This document shows, in pieces, positions 25,501 through 40,269 of a stretch of 64,000 nt of DNA; position 1 is the stretch's first letter, and every line of letters starts with the position of its first letter. The notes below the pieces were generated by a model, which worked only from the letters and a program-made list of their open reading frames with translations, ran no database searches and was not told the DNA's origin. This DNA comes from Torpedo marmorata. Taxonomy: Eukaryota. A program made the position numbers and the translations under genes. The DNA is taken from assembly GCA_977017645.1 (NCBI GenBank), contig OZ360221.1, positions 132,990,001-133,054,000 of the forward strand, read 5' to 3'.

Positions 25501-28500
25501 TTTTATAGCCACACCTTACCCTTGTCACAATCCCAAATAGTTGATTAAATTGTATAGTGATAAATGTACAATAAGTCCGAGATTTGAGTTTGAATTATAT
25601 GGAATTGAAGACTTTGAAAAATTTGTTTTGGGCTCAAAGATATGGTACAAATATTTTGTACATTGAGATCTTTCAATGTTCTACTAGAAAACACAAGTTT
25701 TGTTTTAATTTGAAAGTATCTGCTGTTGTTCCAGTGGAATTATAAGTGAGTAATTGGATGCAATTAAACTTTTTTGGAAGTTTAAATAGTTTTTCATAAT
25801 CTATGGTTACAAACCTAGACATGGCAATTTTTATTTCGTCAATTGTAAACTACTCTGTATCATTTGTCTTTTGATGCCTAGAAAGTTGCACATATTGGGA
25901 TTTATTTTAACAGATTAACAGATGGCATGTAGTTAAACATTTTCTATTTTGAAAACAAACTTAATGGTTGCATTCTGAAATTTAACATTGAAGACTAAAA
26001 CTTGAATCTCTTTGAAATTCCTAATCATTGTTTACTTGTTTAGAGTTGTACTTGGTGTAGCATTTGTTTTAAAATGGCTATTTTAGTGTCGTAGAACTTG
26101 AATAAAAGTTATGTGAAATATTGATTGGGATCCTTGCCCAATAACATAGCTTCTACTTTGAATCTTTGTATTTAATAAATCAAATCATATGGAACTTCCA
26201 TTAAAGTCCAATTTGGAGATCTTTGGTGTGCAGTGGCATATTGGACATTTATTTCAGAATGAACTAATAACTGAATCCAGTATGACGCCAGATAACAAAA
26301 ACGTGCACATTTTCTAATGAAATATCTTCTGTAATATTCCAATGGAAACTAATATTGCATTAGATCACACAGCTGACCACAATATTGATGACAGCCCTTT
26401 AAAATTTTAATTCTGCTGGAGTTTATTTTATCATTCTCAACTACTGAAGTTTGTTTCTACCCCCACCCCTTCCAAATCTACAGTATGCAGTACTTGTTTG
26501 CTTAGCTAATTAACTTGAAACATGATATATGGGTTTGGTATTTCTAAAACTGAAATGAGAAGTTATATCTTAAATTGCATAAATAATGGGATTCACTTGG
26601 TTGCAATTTCTTTTATATTGAAAATTGTTGCTGTAGATAGCAAGTTTGATATGGCTTGTCACTTATTTTTGAAAATGTTGATTATAAATATGAATTGTTA
26701 AAGGCATATCATTTATGATTTGTAATTCCTACACTCATATTTGTTGTTAAAATACAGAATCATTAATGTAATTTCATGTTGGGGGGGCTTAACTCTCCAG
26801 GGAGCAATTTTCTGTAGTATTCACTCCTGAAAATAAAGGCACAAACTATATGGAAATAATTTCACAGCATAGTCTGTACTTTTTCCTCCAGGGTGCAAAT
26901 AAGTCATTTTAATACAAGAATTTGTCCTGGTACTTTAGTCCAGAAATGGAGATTTATCTGTGGACTCGAAGAGTAGGAAATAATAGTGTAAGGGAAAGGA
27001 TCAATTATAAATGAGCACAAATATATGGGTACATCCTTTTTGGTATTCATAAATTGGCTAGTTGAAGTTTTTTTTTATACCATTTCTATAAACCGAGCAA
27101 ACTGCATATTGAAGTTTAAATACATCAAAATTTTTTTAAATATAGTGTTGCATATTTTTTAATATTACTCTTGTAAATCTCAACTTTGTAGCAATATTGC
27201 ATTAGAATGAAAACTGTCATGAAGTTCTGTAAATTCTTAGTGTCCATTTCATCTTCATTGAAACTCTTGCAGTGAGAATTTGCTTGGTTCAAATAAAATC
27301 AAAAACATGCAATGACATTTTGAGTTAATCATTTGCTTATGAGTAGCCTATATGGTAGGCAATGAAATGTTAGAAAATTTATTTAATTGATCCATTTCTT
27401 AAATATTGTTCTACAAAGTGGATTTTTAAAAATCTGCTCTGCTTGTTGTTAATTTGTCAGTGTTAATGTTTTATTCTCTGATCATGCATCATTAAAAATG
27501 ACTTGCACCATGACCAAATGTTGAATTATTATGTGCAAATGGTGATGTTTCTTTGTAATTACCACTTGTACATTAACATAATCCTCTCTGCCACCATTAC
27601 AGATTTAAACTCCTTTTTAAGGAAACGTGTAAACCTATTCTTGCTGTACAAGTGACTCAAATGGCAGCAGCTGCAATTGAGGAGGTGGAAAAAAGTGAGC
27701 AGCTGAGACTAAGTTAATGAATATTTTCTAGATTTTTAATTCTTGCATTAACATTCATACAGATTTAAATTTTGGGGAAACAAAGAATTTGACAAAATTT
27801 CCACTTGGTCAAATGTGTTCCATTCTTAAAAAAAAAAATGAAATGATGTGGCATTAAATTTGAGTTAAACCAATGCTACTTGCCAGTTATTTTAGGACAA
27901 ATTGATAGGTAAAATTAAATTTGTTGGAGCAAAATTAAACCTGTCAAGCTTGTCAACGTTTCATTGATACTTGAGCTCTTCAGAATGCCATGTTTAGCCA
28001 TCTGCAGAAAACTTTGTTCTTTGCATCCCTAAGCTTTGCTTTCTTTCAACCTCTCATTATTTTTGAGATGTTCTTAAACCTCCCTCATGAAGAGTACCTG
28101 AGTATCTTTAGTTTGATGTCAAGTTTTGTTAACATTTATGTGCAGGATGTGGAGGTTTAGTTTGAATGTTATTTTTTTTAAAAGTTGGTGAGATTGTGCT
28201 GGGGAGCAACATTTACTTTGCGCAAGTGCAAACTTTGATTCACTAATCAAGATTCCATTTAATCTCATGAAGACAAAATACAGAAATACTTGTCCTTTGC
28301 CCTGTAAAGACACACAAAGAGGTGTTACTGGTCTTAATGCCACTATCAAGGCAAGAAAGAAAAACTACTATTAATCTTGCTCAATTATGCATTTTGAGGG
28401 GTCACATAATCAAGTTTTGGGCTTGGGATTCTTTCCCTTCTCTCTAAACCAGGTAAATTATGATCCTTTCTAAACTGCTCTCGCTAAAATGAGAGAGCAA

Positions 28501-29599
28501 TCCAAGTTGTATGATAAACCGAAGACTATATAAGCACTTTAATTGGGGCTATTAGCTGCATCTACTTAAATGTTCAGATTCAAAGGTTATTGTTATGTGT
28601 GGTTCATTTTAATCGTTGAGGAAAATTAACATGCATTTTAGTAACTGGAGAAATTCTCAAGTTTAAAGCCCATTATTGAATGATGGGTGTAAAAAAAACT
28701 GGGAAAGCTAGGAGTTGGATTACATGATTTTTCTGCTGATTTAAGATTCTCTGCAAAATTTATGCAGTCCACACCCAATTTTTTACTGAATAACTTTAAA
28801 CCCCTTGTACAAAGAAATGCATTATACTTTGGAAATTATAATACAAAAAAAATCAATGTCCTGTGAATGTATAAAATAATGTCACCAAACTGAAATAAAG
28901 AAATTCTATTTGTATTGTAACTCCTATAGAAGCATTGCTACACAACATATCTAAAGCAGAACCTTTTGTTTTCTCCTTGGTTCAATATCTGACTCTGCAC
29001 TTTTTCATTACCGTGTCAAGTTGACCTGCTTTGTCATTTCAGCAAGACTTGTCCAGCCGGTGGTACCATCTTCTGCAATTCATTCTTAAATCTTGTCTCC
29101 AGTTTTGCAACCTCTCCAACTCACATTTCTGATGTTCAAAACCACTATCCACTAAAGGTTTGTGTATTGGTGAAGGGAAAATAATCTGACCAAAACTGTC
29201 ATTGAAATATTGACTGTTTTATTTTGAAGACTACAGTGCAAGGAAATTTGCCCTCCAGGGAGAAGCTGCAACATTCTATCCAAAATTGAATACTGAAACT
29301 CCAGAAAATGTCTATTGTCTCTGGAGAGTATATGAAAAGAATAAGGATAATACCACTGTCTTCTATAGCCTCTGGTGCCTGGTCTCAGAGCAATTCCATC
29401 AACTTAATGGATTGAGCAGCACTCTGATGTGGAGAAATATGGGCTTAATCATTCTTTGACTCATCTCAACTCCTGCTTAGTTTAAAAAGAAGTTATTCTT
29501 AAGATACCGTTGAGAGTGTAGAAGCCTTTTAATTTGGGGGTTTTCCATTTTACCGTAGAATTGCTGCTTTCACCTAATCTGCCAAAGTAGAGACCCATT

Positions 29600-30396
29600 T
29601 GGCTTCTGCCGGTGGTGCGGACCCGCGGGGAGCAAGGGAGCGGAGATGCAGCGCTCCCACGGGGTCCAGCCACCCAGTCGACTGCCGTCAGCTCCGCACG
29701 GGCTTTGAACGGCCTGTTGAGGGAGCCGACGGTGGTTTTATTTGAGATCCCGCAACCGCGGGGTCTGCGCCCAAGATGGCAGTGTCTGTTAATCGGCAGC
29801 AGCCACGAGGGGCTGCAGACTCCGGGGAAGCGGAGGACTGGAGCAGCGCACCAGAGGACGGAAAGATCAACCCCCCGTCTGAGAAGTGGTGGAGTAGATG
29901 ACCCACGGGACGGTGACCACGGCGGTGGACCAGTAAGGGGCTCTGAGGCTGAAGGATCAGTGCGTGCGGCGGCTGCTGGTGACTCGAGGCGAGGAACCCG
30001 TGGAGGCTGTGGGCAGCTGGAGACTGCTGTTGGGAGACTTGCGCCGGACTGCTGTAGACTTGCTCGAACTGGCTGGAGGAGTACCAGGTATTGGAACCGG
30101 GGTGCCGAGGGCGCCGAAGGGTTCCTGACCGTGTCGGAGGCTCGGATCTGGAGCTCGGGATGCCGATGGTTTGGACTGGACTCTGTGGTTGCGGAGGCTG
30201 TGGAAGCGCTGGAGGCGAATCTACGGACACTTGGTGACTCTGGGGGGGGTCTCTCTTTTGCTTCTCTTTCTCTGACTGTAAGGCACTTAGGCAATTTCTG
30301 CCGGTGGCGAATCTGTCTGCCTTGCAGCAGGCAAAAAGAAATTTCATGTAATATGACACTGTTTTATTACTATGACAATAAATTGAATCTTGAATC
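29600..30396 (+). mobile_element. GC-rich non-autonomous retroelement with Rex1/Babar-like tail, copy 1
   Basis: Colinear with 62818-63654; ends AAATTTCATGTAATATGACACTGTTTTATTACTATGACAATAAA followed by (TTGAATC)n; no recognisable protein. Confidence 0.8.
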
Positions 30397-32724
30397 ATGA
30401 AATACTGGCTTTTCCCACCCAGCTTTCACCTGCCCATCTTATCTTCCCTAACCATCAACATCATTAGGCAAGCTAGACAATGGAGTTGCTTAACTTGTGA
30501 TCACAGTTGCTAAGTTAAGGGTAAAAATCCAAACTAGTGTTTTTTAAATTCCTTCTGGCTCTTCAGCGATTTAAAATTTTCACAAAGGAAGTTCACATTG
30601 AATTCTAATTGGAAAAAGAAACCTAAAATGTGTGCAAACTAAATTACCTGCATGACTCTTTTTTTAACTGGCAGGTGTTTTCAGGTTTAAACTTCAGACA
30701 AAAGAAAAATATTTTTCTTAATCACCACATTGTTTTAGGGAGGTGGGGGGGTGAGGACAAGTGATGGTGTTTCCACATAGATTGGAATGCTGGTAATAAT
30801 TTTGATGTGTAATATTTAGTACATTTGCAAGTATAGCTCTTGGTGCATTTAGAATATTGTGCTTAATTTTGCGTCTTATTTCTGAACCATTTCCAGGCTA
30901 TGTTGAGAGTGGATGAGATTCATGAAAAAGCTGTCAAAATGAAGGGAAATTAGAAAGATTTGGACAATATGGAAAATACTCTATTTGGTTTTCCAAACCA
31001 GATTTTTGGCTGAATGTGTATTTATTCAAAGCTATCTACCCTGTTTACATTATCAAGAAGCTATAAATTTGGATGTTGTCAAAAGAATGAGGAGATATTG
31101 AGCACAATTTTACTTAATAAAGACTGATGTAAGGACATGAGGTGTCTTACCAGAACTACTGGTTGATGTAAAACACCTATTGTTTTAATATTCTATGGAT
31201 AAATACCGGTAGGTAAAATACTGGGATGAGAGAGCATGTGAAGAGTAACCCTTGGGTACAGTATCTAGTTCTGTCGGAGCTAGCCTAGGCATGTTGGACC
31301 AAGTACGCATTTGCATTGCACTTGAAGCTGATTTTTTTTAAGCTCCCATTCTTGGAGTTCACCCTGCCCAAATACACCAAAATTATAAAGCAGTTGATTT
31401 GGGTGGATGTGGATAAACTTTATCATCCATCCGAAAGCATAAAAATCCCAAAGTAAATGCAAGAGCTATTGAAAGATCAAAAACTTTTAGAAAGCAGTTT
31501 AAAAAGCAGAAATGTTAAATTTGCTGCCTTGTGCAGAAGAAACAAAGCACGCATGGGAGAAAAGAGTAGGGAAGAATTGGAGTGGAAGGACTTTATCTAG
31601 AGAGAAAAAAAACATTTCAGCAAAACAATAGGTTATTGTTCTGTAGATTCCAAAATGTGCGCTGCTTAAGATGGGGGTGGGGAAAGGGGGGAAAATTATT
31701 TCTGGACAAACTAAGAATAAGGGGTGCCTATGGAGAATTGATAAATAATTTGGCAAAGATAAAATTTAAAAGGAAATAAACTAGAACCTACTTTGTTTTT
31801 TGATGCAGTAGTGGAGTAACTCAGGGAAATTCTTGATAAAATCCCTCAAATTGAAATGCAAATCATGGTATAATTCTCCCAGTATTTAGCTACCCATGGT
31901 GAAATAACACATTTGCACATCAGGCCAATCTGTTCCAAACTAACTTTTTAAAAGCAAACTTAACGACAGTATTTGAGGTTTGGTGTGCTGAAATTGTGCA
32001 TCTGGAAATCATTTTGTGAACAAAATGAAAGTTGCCATTCTTAAATTTTCAAAGAGCCCACAAACTGCATACAATCAAATAGTGAATTGCCGAGTTACAA
32101 GACTTTCTTAAAAATTGGAATGCAACTGGTAGTAAATTAAAGATGACCCACGAGAGCTTCAATGTTTTTTATACCAAAAGCATCTTGTCCTTGGGTTCAA
32201 ATCTCTCATTGACTTTCCTTATCTCTGTAACCTCTTCAATTTCCAAAACGACATTCCTCCAAATTTTATCTTGCGCATATCCAGTTTCATCTGCCTTGCT
32301 ATCAGTGGCTGTGCCCAAGGCTCTCTGACCTGGAATTTCCTCCATATTTCCTCTTCAGCAGTTCTGTGATTGAAAACTAATTTAAACAAGTTTTGATGAT
32401 CAGTTCTGGGACCTCCTTTGTTCTGATCAATTGTATTCCTGATAAGTGCCTCAGTCGCTTTTAAATGCAAGTTGATTCAATATATCCCACTACCACTCTC
32501 CAAGGACCCTTCAAACCAATTCATTTTGCATTGGGAATACATCCCAACTGAGTTATGGTGAAAGTATAGATTCTACCCAACATTATGTACAAAGTATTAA
32601 AAATCTTGAACATAAGAGGCAAAGTAGTTAAAGTTAAGTCATGCATCTCTTGGCTCTTCGGTTGTGATGACCATCTATGTATTTTTTGTGGGTTCTAAAT
32701 CTCACCAGCAAGGCTTCTCTTATG

Positions 32725-33070
32725 CATAGAGTTTTGTAGCATGGAAACGGGCCCTTTGGTTCAACCTGTTCATGTTGACCATGTCCACCTAAACTGATCC
32801 CATTTGCCTGTGTTTGGCTCATATCCCTCGAAACGTTTCCTATCAGGCATCTAAATATTTTGAAACACTGCAATTGCACCTTCCTCTGATGGCTTGTTCT
32901 GTATACCCACCACCCTGTGTTTGGGGGGGGGGGGGAGTGGGATAGAGAGAAAGTGCCCCCCAGATCCCTTAAGGCTTCCTCCTCTCATCTTAAATATATG
33001 CCCTCCAGTTTTGGATTGGCCTATGCTGGGGAAAAAAACAGACTATTTATCTTATCTATGTCCTTCATGA
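32725..33070 (-). mobile_element. Old CR1-type LINE 3' fragment
   Basis: CATAGAG...AGCATGGAAACGGGCCCTTTGG...CCCATTTGCCTGTGTTTGGCTCATATCCCTC is a CR1-like 3' end on the - strand. Confidence 0.6.
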
Positions 33071-33399
33071 TCGGAATTTTTCCAGAATTTTCTGTAATTC
33101 AATATGCACGTCACTCATGTTCTTAATCTAGCTGCAACTAAATTTTAAATCTGCACTAAAATGCACCTCAGAAAGCAGAGCAGAAACTTTCATTGATCAC
33201 TTTTGTCCTTATTTTTGAATTTGATCTGTAAATTTATCATGATGGTTATAATCTGAGTTTTGATATCAATGTAGTAAATCTATTTTGCATCACTTAGGGC
33301 AGTTTCAGTTGAACAAAACAATACTGCAAGCCTTTGCACAGGTCAAATTAAAACCATATTCCTGCAATGTTACATGTATCTTCCTAAATGAAGGTAGAA

Positions 33400-33837
33400 C
33401 CAAAAAATTAATTACCCTGATTCTCCCGACAAGGGATATGTGTTACCTTTAGCTAGTCTCTTTATATACTTATAGAAGCTTTTGCAGTCATTTCTGTAAT
33501 CTCTTAAGTTACTCTCTTGCTCTAGTTTTCCCCTTCCAATTAGACCCTTTGTCTTCTGCTAAATTCTAAATTTCTCCAGTCCTTGGTCTGTTGCTTTTCC
33601 AAGCTAATTTGTATGTTCCTTCTTTGGTTCTATTTTCCTCATTAACCATGGTTGAGCCACTTTGCCCAATTTTACAGCAAATAAATGTAGTTTTTGAAAT
33701 TCCTCAATTATCTTTAAATACTAACCATTGTCATTTTTTTAAAATTTTATTTAAATTTTTAAATCACAAAATACATAGAATAAAATGCATATATTTGAAA
33801 ATACATGTGATATACATTTTCTCCCCTACATCCCCAC

Positions 33838-33872
<35 letters not shown>

Positions 33873-35450
33873 TTATATATATAAAAAAAATATAGTAAAA
33901 GAGAAAAAGAAAAAAGAAAGATAGAAAAATAGAGTGAGGAGAAAACAAGCTACAAACTAATTCTACCATAGAGGTTATTTTCGCCAGTGGATCCGATATC
34001 CAGAGAATTTAAATTGTTAAACCCATAATTCTCATATATGGGCCCCAAATTTTCAAGAAAAAATGATATTTATTACGCAAATTATAGGTAATTTTTTCTA
34101 ATGGTATACATGAACGTAATTCTGCATGCCATCTTTCTAAATTTAAATCTACATCTGACTTCCAAGTAATAGCTATACACTTTTTCGAAACTGCTAAAAA
34201 CTATACGTAAAAATTCTACCTGATACATATTTAATCTATTTCTAATACTAAATTTTCTAATATCTCCAAATAAAAATAACATAGGATCCATCGTAAACAC
34301 AACATTAAAAATTCTCTCTAAAAAATTCTTAACTTTCAACCAAAAGTCTTGAATTTTTGAACATAACCATGTACAGTGAACAAAAGAGCCTATTTCACTC
34401 TTACATCTAAAACACATATCTGATAATGCTGGATTAAATTTCTTTAATTTTTTAGGTGCTAAATATAATTGATGAAAGAAATTATATTGTACTAGTCTAT
34501 ATCTAACGTTCAAGACTTTAGTCATACTTAATTTACATAAGTCTCTCCAATGATTTTCATCTATATTAACATTTAAGTCTAGTTCCCATTTTAATCTAGA
34601 TTTATGTAACCCTACTTTAGACATCTTTCTCTGAAATAATTTATACATTTGTGATATAAACTTATTAATATTAACTTTAGTAATTAACAATTCCAATTCA
34701 TTTTGTCTTGGTGCTATTAATTCATTCCCTAATATCTCAGTCAAAAAGGCTTTAACTTGAAAATAAACTAACATTGTATTGTCTAGTATATTAAATTTTT
34801 CTTTTAACCTTTGAAAAGTAACAAATCTACCAGCTTCAAAACAATCTTCCAAGGTCTTAATTCCCTTTTGAAACCATAATTTAAGTAACTGATTATCAAT
34901 AGAGAATGGTATAAGCAAATTTTGGTATATTGGTGTATAACCATTGTCATCTTAACATCAACCCATTAAATGCTCTCTGCCTGTCTATCCAAGTCAATTT
35001 GTATTGGTCAAGGAAACTCCAGGAAATCCTTCACTGTATTGCTACAAGTTTGGTTCTCCTAATCTACATGCAAATTAAAGTTTCCCTTTTATAATTGCTG
35101 TACCTTTATTGCACACTTATTTCTTGATGCCATCCCCAATCTCATGACAGGTGTTAGGGAGTCTGTACACCACTCCCACTCTCACTCATGTTCCCTGTCC
35201 TCAGGTGTTCCACAACTCGACCCCTGCAGACGCTACGTTAAGCCGATGTCCTTCCTTGCAATTGTGTTAATCTCTTTAATGAGTAATGCTACCCTACCTC
35301 CTTTTCCTTTCAGTCTATCTTCCTAAATACTGAGTGCCTTTTGAATATTAAGTTCCCAAACTTGGTTGCCTGGATCCATATCTCAGTAAACCAATCAGGT
35401 TATCACAGCTAATTCTGCTTATTCATCCACCTTATTTGCAAATGCTCCTT
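33400..35450 (-). mobile_element. Highly decayed CR1-like LINE internal fragment, interrupted by L1
   Basis: Pyrimidine-rich degenerate sequence with endonuclease-region remnants (GCTACCCTACCTCCTTTTCC..., AAAGTTTCCCTTT) on both sides of the L1 TSD; boundaries approximate. Confidence 0.4.
33735..34937 (-). mobile_element. 5'-truncated L1-clade LINE
   Basis: ORF 34082..34918 is homologous to 8647..9501; 13 bp TSD TAACCATTGTCAT at 33722-33734 and 34938-34950. Confidence 0.93.
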
Positions 35451-36511
35451 TCTTTGAGAAATGCAACTTTGTCTTTTTTTAACAGCGTCTTTTTAGAATT
35501 TGACTGTTAAGGTGCCCTTTTTGTTCCTAGCTTAGGATTTTTCAGCCCTTTTTCTACATTCTACATCCCTCTGTCTCCCTGCATAAATTCCTATCCCCTT
35601 GCCTCCCTGATAGCACAAGCAAATAACACCCACCTCCCCCTCACCCCCCCCCCCCTCCCACTTCCAGAGCATTGATTCCAGCTCTTCCTCAGTGTAGACT
35701 GTTCAATCTGTTAAATTTGTATTGGTCCCACCTCCCCATACTCAATTTACAAGATCCAGGAATCAAAATCCTTCTCTTCTACACCAATGCTAACTATTCT
35801 ACTCCTACTCTGGCATTTGTAGCCTTTGGCTCATGAGCTGGGCCCTACCATTGAGAATGAGGATCTTCCTTTTTGTGCCACTTTTCCCTATTAGCTGTTG
35901 AATAGTCCTGTACCATTTGGGACTAGTAATGTCAAGTCTCCAGAGATTTGATTTGATACTTTTGGTTGTGAGTTTCCTTAGTTCTTTTTACTGCATGAGG
36001 TATTGTGCACATATATCTGTTGCAGCTTGGCATATTGTTTTGGGGTATGTTCAGTACTGTATCTGATGGGCACTCATCGATGAACTGGTGAATAGAACAG
36101 CAATAATAGCAGAATGAAGAATATGCCTGGCTATGAAGTACCAAATTAGGTTACATAAGCTTTGGCTGTTGGTCCACAGTGCATCATGGATACCTAATTG
36201 AGTTGACAGATCAGCTCAGATTTTGTTGTAAACTATTGTGCCATACAGCATTGAGGTGATTCTTCATGTGTAATCAGAACTTCCTCCTTGAGGACTCAGA
36301 TTTACCAATGTTACTGGGGACAGATTCTTCTGCTGCAGGTAAATTGGTGAGAATGTAGTCATATTGGTTTATCCATTGTCTGTTTCCTCACTACCTATTT
36401 ATGACAGTCTGACACTGTATTTCTAAAGGCTAGGCCCGTTTATTTTATCAATATTATGTGCTGAAAGCATGGAACTTCTACCACAACATTGTTGGAATAC
36501 TTCCAAGTAAT

Positions 36512-39272
36512 TTTCAGATTTATTGTCAGAGTGCATACATGACATCACATACAACCCTGAGATTCCTTTTTCCTGCAGGCGCAGCAGAATTACCACTAAT
36601 TGGTAGTGCAAAAAATAAACTGTACACAGCGTAAAACATGTAAACAAACAAAGAACTGTAAACAAACTGCAATACAGAGAGAACAAAGAAAATCAATAAA
36701 GTGCACAAGTAAGAGACCTTAAATGAGTCTCTGATTGAGTTTGTCATTGAGTCTGATGGTGGAAGGGTAGCAGCTGTTCCTGAACCTGATGGTGCAAGTC
36801 TTGTGGCACCTATACCTCTTTCCTGATGGTAGCAGCGAGAAAAGAGCGTGTGCTGGGTGGTGTGGGACTTTGATGATTGCTGCTGCTCCGACGGCAGCGT
36901 TCCCTGTAGATGTACTCAATAGTGGGGAGGGTTTTGCCTGTGATGTCCTGGGCGGTGTCCACTACCTTTTGAAGGGCTTTACGCTCAGGGGTATTGGTGT
37001 TTCCATACCAGACCATGATGCAGCCAGTCAGCACACTTTCTACCACACCTCTGTAGAAATTTGCCAGGGTTTCTGATGTCATACCAAACCTCTGCAAACT
37101 CCTGAGAAAGTAGAGGCACTGACATGATTTCTTCACAATGCCATTGGTGTGTTGGGTCCAGGAAGATCCTCTGAGATTTTGTTACAAAATCAAACCAGCA
37201 ACGACAGAAGACGCAATGCAAAAGGGGTAAAATTGAAATTTATATTTATTAAAGACAATTAAACATATAATTTCACAACAATTAACCCCACTATAAACGT
37301 CTATAAGCACTATTCTTATCTAAAAGGTGTGTGTGTAAAGCCCAGACCATTACAGTCTGTGCCCAACCCTTATGTAAAAATGGAAAAACTTTCCCCAAAA
37401 AAACCCCCAGTTCAGTCATAAAAACAAGTCAGTCCAAAAAAAAGAATAATACAGTCCACAAAATTCACTCTCTAAGTTCAGGCTTCAAATTCAGCTCTGT
37501 GTCTGGTAGAAGTACTTCTGAATGAACGTTGGAGAGAGACAACGACTGTTTATGCTTAGAAATACTTGTTTTTCTTCTCTGATGACATTCCCTTGTGTTT
37601 TCATATGGATTGCGAGTTCAGACCAGTATACCACTGATTGAGGCGTGTGCTTGGATCTCACAGCTAGTCTCGCTGATCTCACACCTGTTCTCCACAGAAG
37701 TTGCTTTTAACTCAGAATTTCTCTGAGACAGGAGGCCATGTGCTATCCTTCCAGCCTTTTCCTCTGGGAAGCACAAGCCTGGATTTGGCTGTGTTCTCTA
37801 GCCTTTGCAACTCCCAACTGTCTGCTTTTTGCAGAGGTCTGCACCTGCTTTTGCAAAAGTGCAACAAAGTATCTTTTCCACAGCCTGTCTCTCTCTGCTC
37901 TCTCTCTCTCTCTCTCTCTGGGTACACCAAGTCCTGGGCAAGTTAACTCTTTCAGTACCTGGCCCCAGTGTATACTCCAAAAGACTTCATCCTTCCTGCT
38001 GACCGTCCGCAGTCCAAATGGTCAGTCATGGTCCATAACAATAGTGACTCCCAAGAACTTAAATTTGCTCAAACTCTCCACCTCCGATCCCCCAATGATC
38101 ACTGGATTGTATACCTCTGGCTTTCCTTTCCTGAAGTCAACAATCAGCTCCTTAGTTTTGGTGACATTGAGTTCAAGGTTGTTGTTGCACCATTCAGCCA
38201 AGTTTTCAATCTCCATCCTGTATGCTGACTCGTCCCCTTCCTTCATACAACCCACTACCGTGGTATCATCGGCAAATTTGTAGATGGTGTTATTGTCGTA
38301 CCGAGCCACACAGTCGTAGGTGTAAAGTGAGTAGAGCAGGGTGCTCTGGAACTGATGGAGATTGTGGAGAAGTTCTTACCAATCTTCACTGATTGTGGTC
38401 TGGAGGTGAGGAAATCCATGATCCAATTACACAGTGGAGTGTTAACTCCCAGGTTTTGGAGTTTGCTGATCAGTTTTGAGGGGATGATGGTGTTAAATGC
38501 CGAACTGTAGTCAATAAGGAGCATCCTGATGTATGCATCTTTGCTGTCCAGGTGTTCCAGGACTTGGTGAAGAGCCAGTGAGATGGCATCCGCCGTAGAC
38601 CTGTTGCTACGATAGGCGAACTGGAATATATCCATGTCACCGCTCAGACAGGAGCTGATGTGCTTCATCACCAGCCTTTCAAAACACTTCATCACTGTTG
38701 ATATAAGTGCTACTGGTCGACAGTCATTAAGGCAGGTTACTGCACTCTTAATCACAGGTGGGTACCATGCCCTGTTGGAGTGAGATATTGAAGATATCCG
38801 TGAATACCTTGGTAAGTTGCTCAGCACAGATTTTTGATACTCGGCTAGGTACTCCATCTGGGCCGGATGCTTTCCTCGGATTCACTCTCCTGAAGGCAAC
38901 ACGCACGTCATCCTCAGATACGGACAGGATGGGGTCATCGGGGACACGGGGATGTGGAGGGGTGGTTCTTCGATGTTACAGTCGTCAAATTGGGCGTAGA
39001 AGGCGTTGAGTTCCTTTGGGAGAGAAGCTTTGCCGTCTGCTACTTTACCAGATTTGGTTTTGTAACAGGTTATGGCATTTAGGCCCTGCCACAGATGTCA
39101 GGTGTCCCTCGTTGTGTCCATTTTCACATCCGGAATCTCCACTTCGCCCGGGAGATAGCTTTCCGTAGGTCATACCTGCTCCTGATGTACTGATCTGGTT
39201 CTCCGGACTTAAATTCCTGTGATCTGGCTCTCAGAAGGTTCTGGATTTCATTGTTCATCCAGGGCTTCTGGT
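36512..39272 (-). mobile_element. Rex1/Babar LINE (subfamily D), 5'-truncated, decayed, split by an LTR-like insert
   Basis: [65 protein letters not shown]; tail ...GACAATAAATCTGA. Confidence 0.88.
37180..38040 (-). mobile_element. Probable solo LTR (~860 bp) related to the LTR at 6071-7092
   Basis: Termini TGTTAC...ATAACA. It interrupts the Rex frame at GVTI|SED. The first ~150 nt echo the 6071 LTR (ATATTTATT, AACCCCACTAT, TGTGTGTG). The TSD is imperfect (ATTT vs ATAG). Confidence 0.65.
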
Positions 39273-40066
39273 TGTTCAGTTTTGTTCACAGTTCGGCAAA
39301 TGTGCCTATTGAAAGCCCTGATAACATTCAGGCATGGGCTTATAAGCCGCAAAAGTACTGGACAATGGCAGTTTTCAACAAGAGTGTCTGATCTCACAGC
39401 CTTGGCAAATGTGGCCATGGTGGCGCAATTGAATATTATCATCTTGGGGTCACATTGATAAGAAGCTCAACTGCGCTAGCCCCCTCAAATACTTTGTCTA
39501 CAAGATTGGGGTAGATGCTGCATATCCTGCAGTAATTGACTTCTCCCCAGATACCACATTCTTTGCACCAAGCACAAGGCTGAAGTTGGTTGTGAAGACC
39601 TACTGTTCATTTTCCTGGATGATTGCAGCTTCAAGATACATTCAGGGTAAAGCACTCCATTTGATTGGTGTGCTCTCATCCTGAACTTTTACTCCTTTCA
39701 CCATAAGGATACCATGGCTGCAGTGTAGCATCACTTTTTTAATACTCAGATAGTATCTCCCAAGGCCATGTCTTCTGAAGGGCAATAGGCATATGGGAAT
39801 ACTGCAACCTTCAAGAAATGCCATTCCTTCATTGCCGGTTCTAATTTGTGAAACACTCGACCTACAGTATAGGATTGTGGGAGTACCTTCACCAGAGAAG
39901 TTGCAGTAATTCAAGCAGTTGGTTCAGTACCATTTTCTCAAGGAGAAATGGAGAGTAGATTGTCTTTAAACCAAAAGTATTAATAAAATCTTGCCAGTAT
40001 GAAATCAAAATCCGTAATGTGAACAAAGACTAAAAAGGGATTGTTGCCATTTCTCTAAAAGCTTTA

Positions 40067-40269
40067 CAGGTATAACCCGCTTTACGAAACTAGAGCGTTC
40101 CTATGAAACCTTAAGCAGAAATGGTGTAAATCGAAGACCCATTCACTACTATTGGAGGCTATTTTCGTAAAAGCGAAAACCCATTCAAATCCTTTCATAA
40201 AAGCGAACACAGGTTTCTTCATAAAAGCGAATTTTCGAAAGCAAGTATTCATAAAACGGGGTATACCAG
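40067..40269. mobile_element. Tc1/mariner-pogo (Tigger-like) MITE
   Basis: TIRs CAGGTATAACCCGCTTTACGAA / TTCATAAAACGGGGTATACCAG flanked by TA on both sides; internal AAAAGCGAA repeats. Confidence 0.75.

Noticed and set aside
29482-30400. Overlapping 236-270 aa ORFs on both strands
   Set aside because: These result from stop-codon scarcity in a GC-rich repeat; the frames are not preserved in the second copy at 62.8-63.6 kb.
39275-39950. Possible additional very old LINE/Penelope remnants (also ~10130-10230, ~11480-11830, ~31490-31780)
   Set aside because: Too degenerate to assign family or boundaries by eye, so not listed as features.
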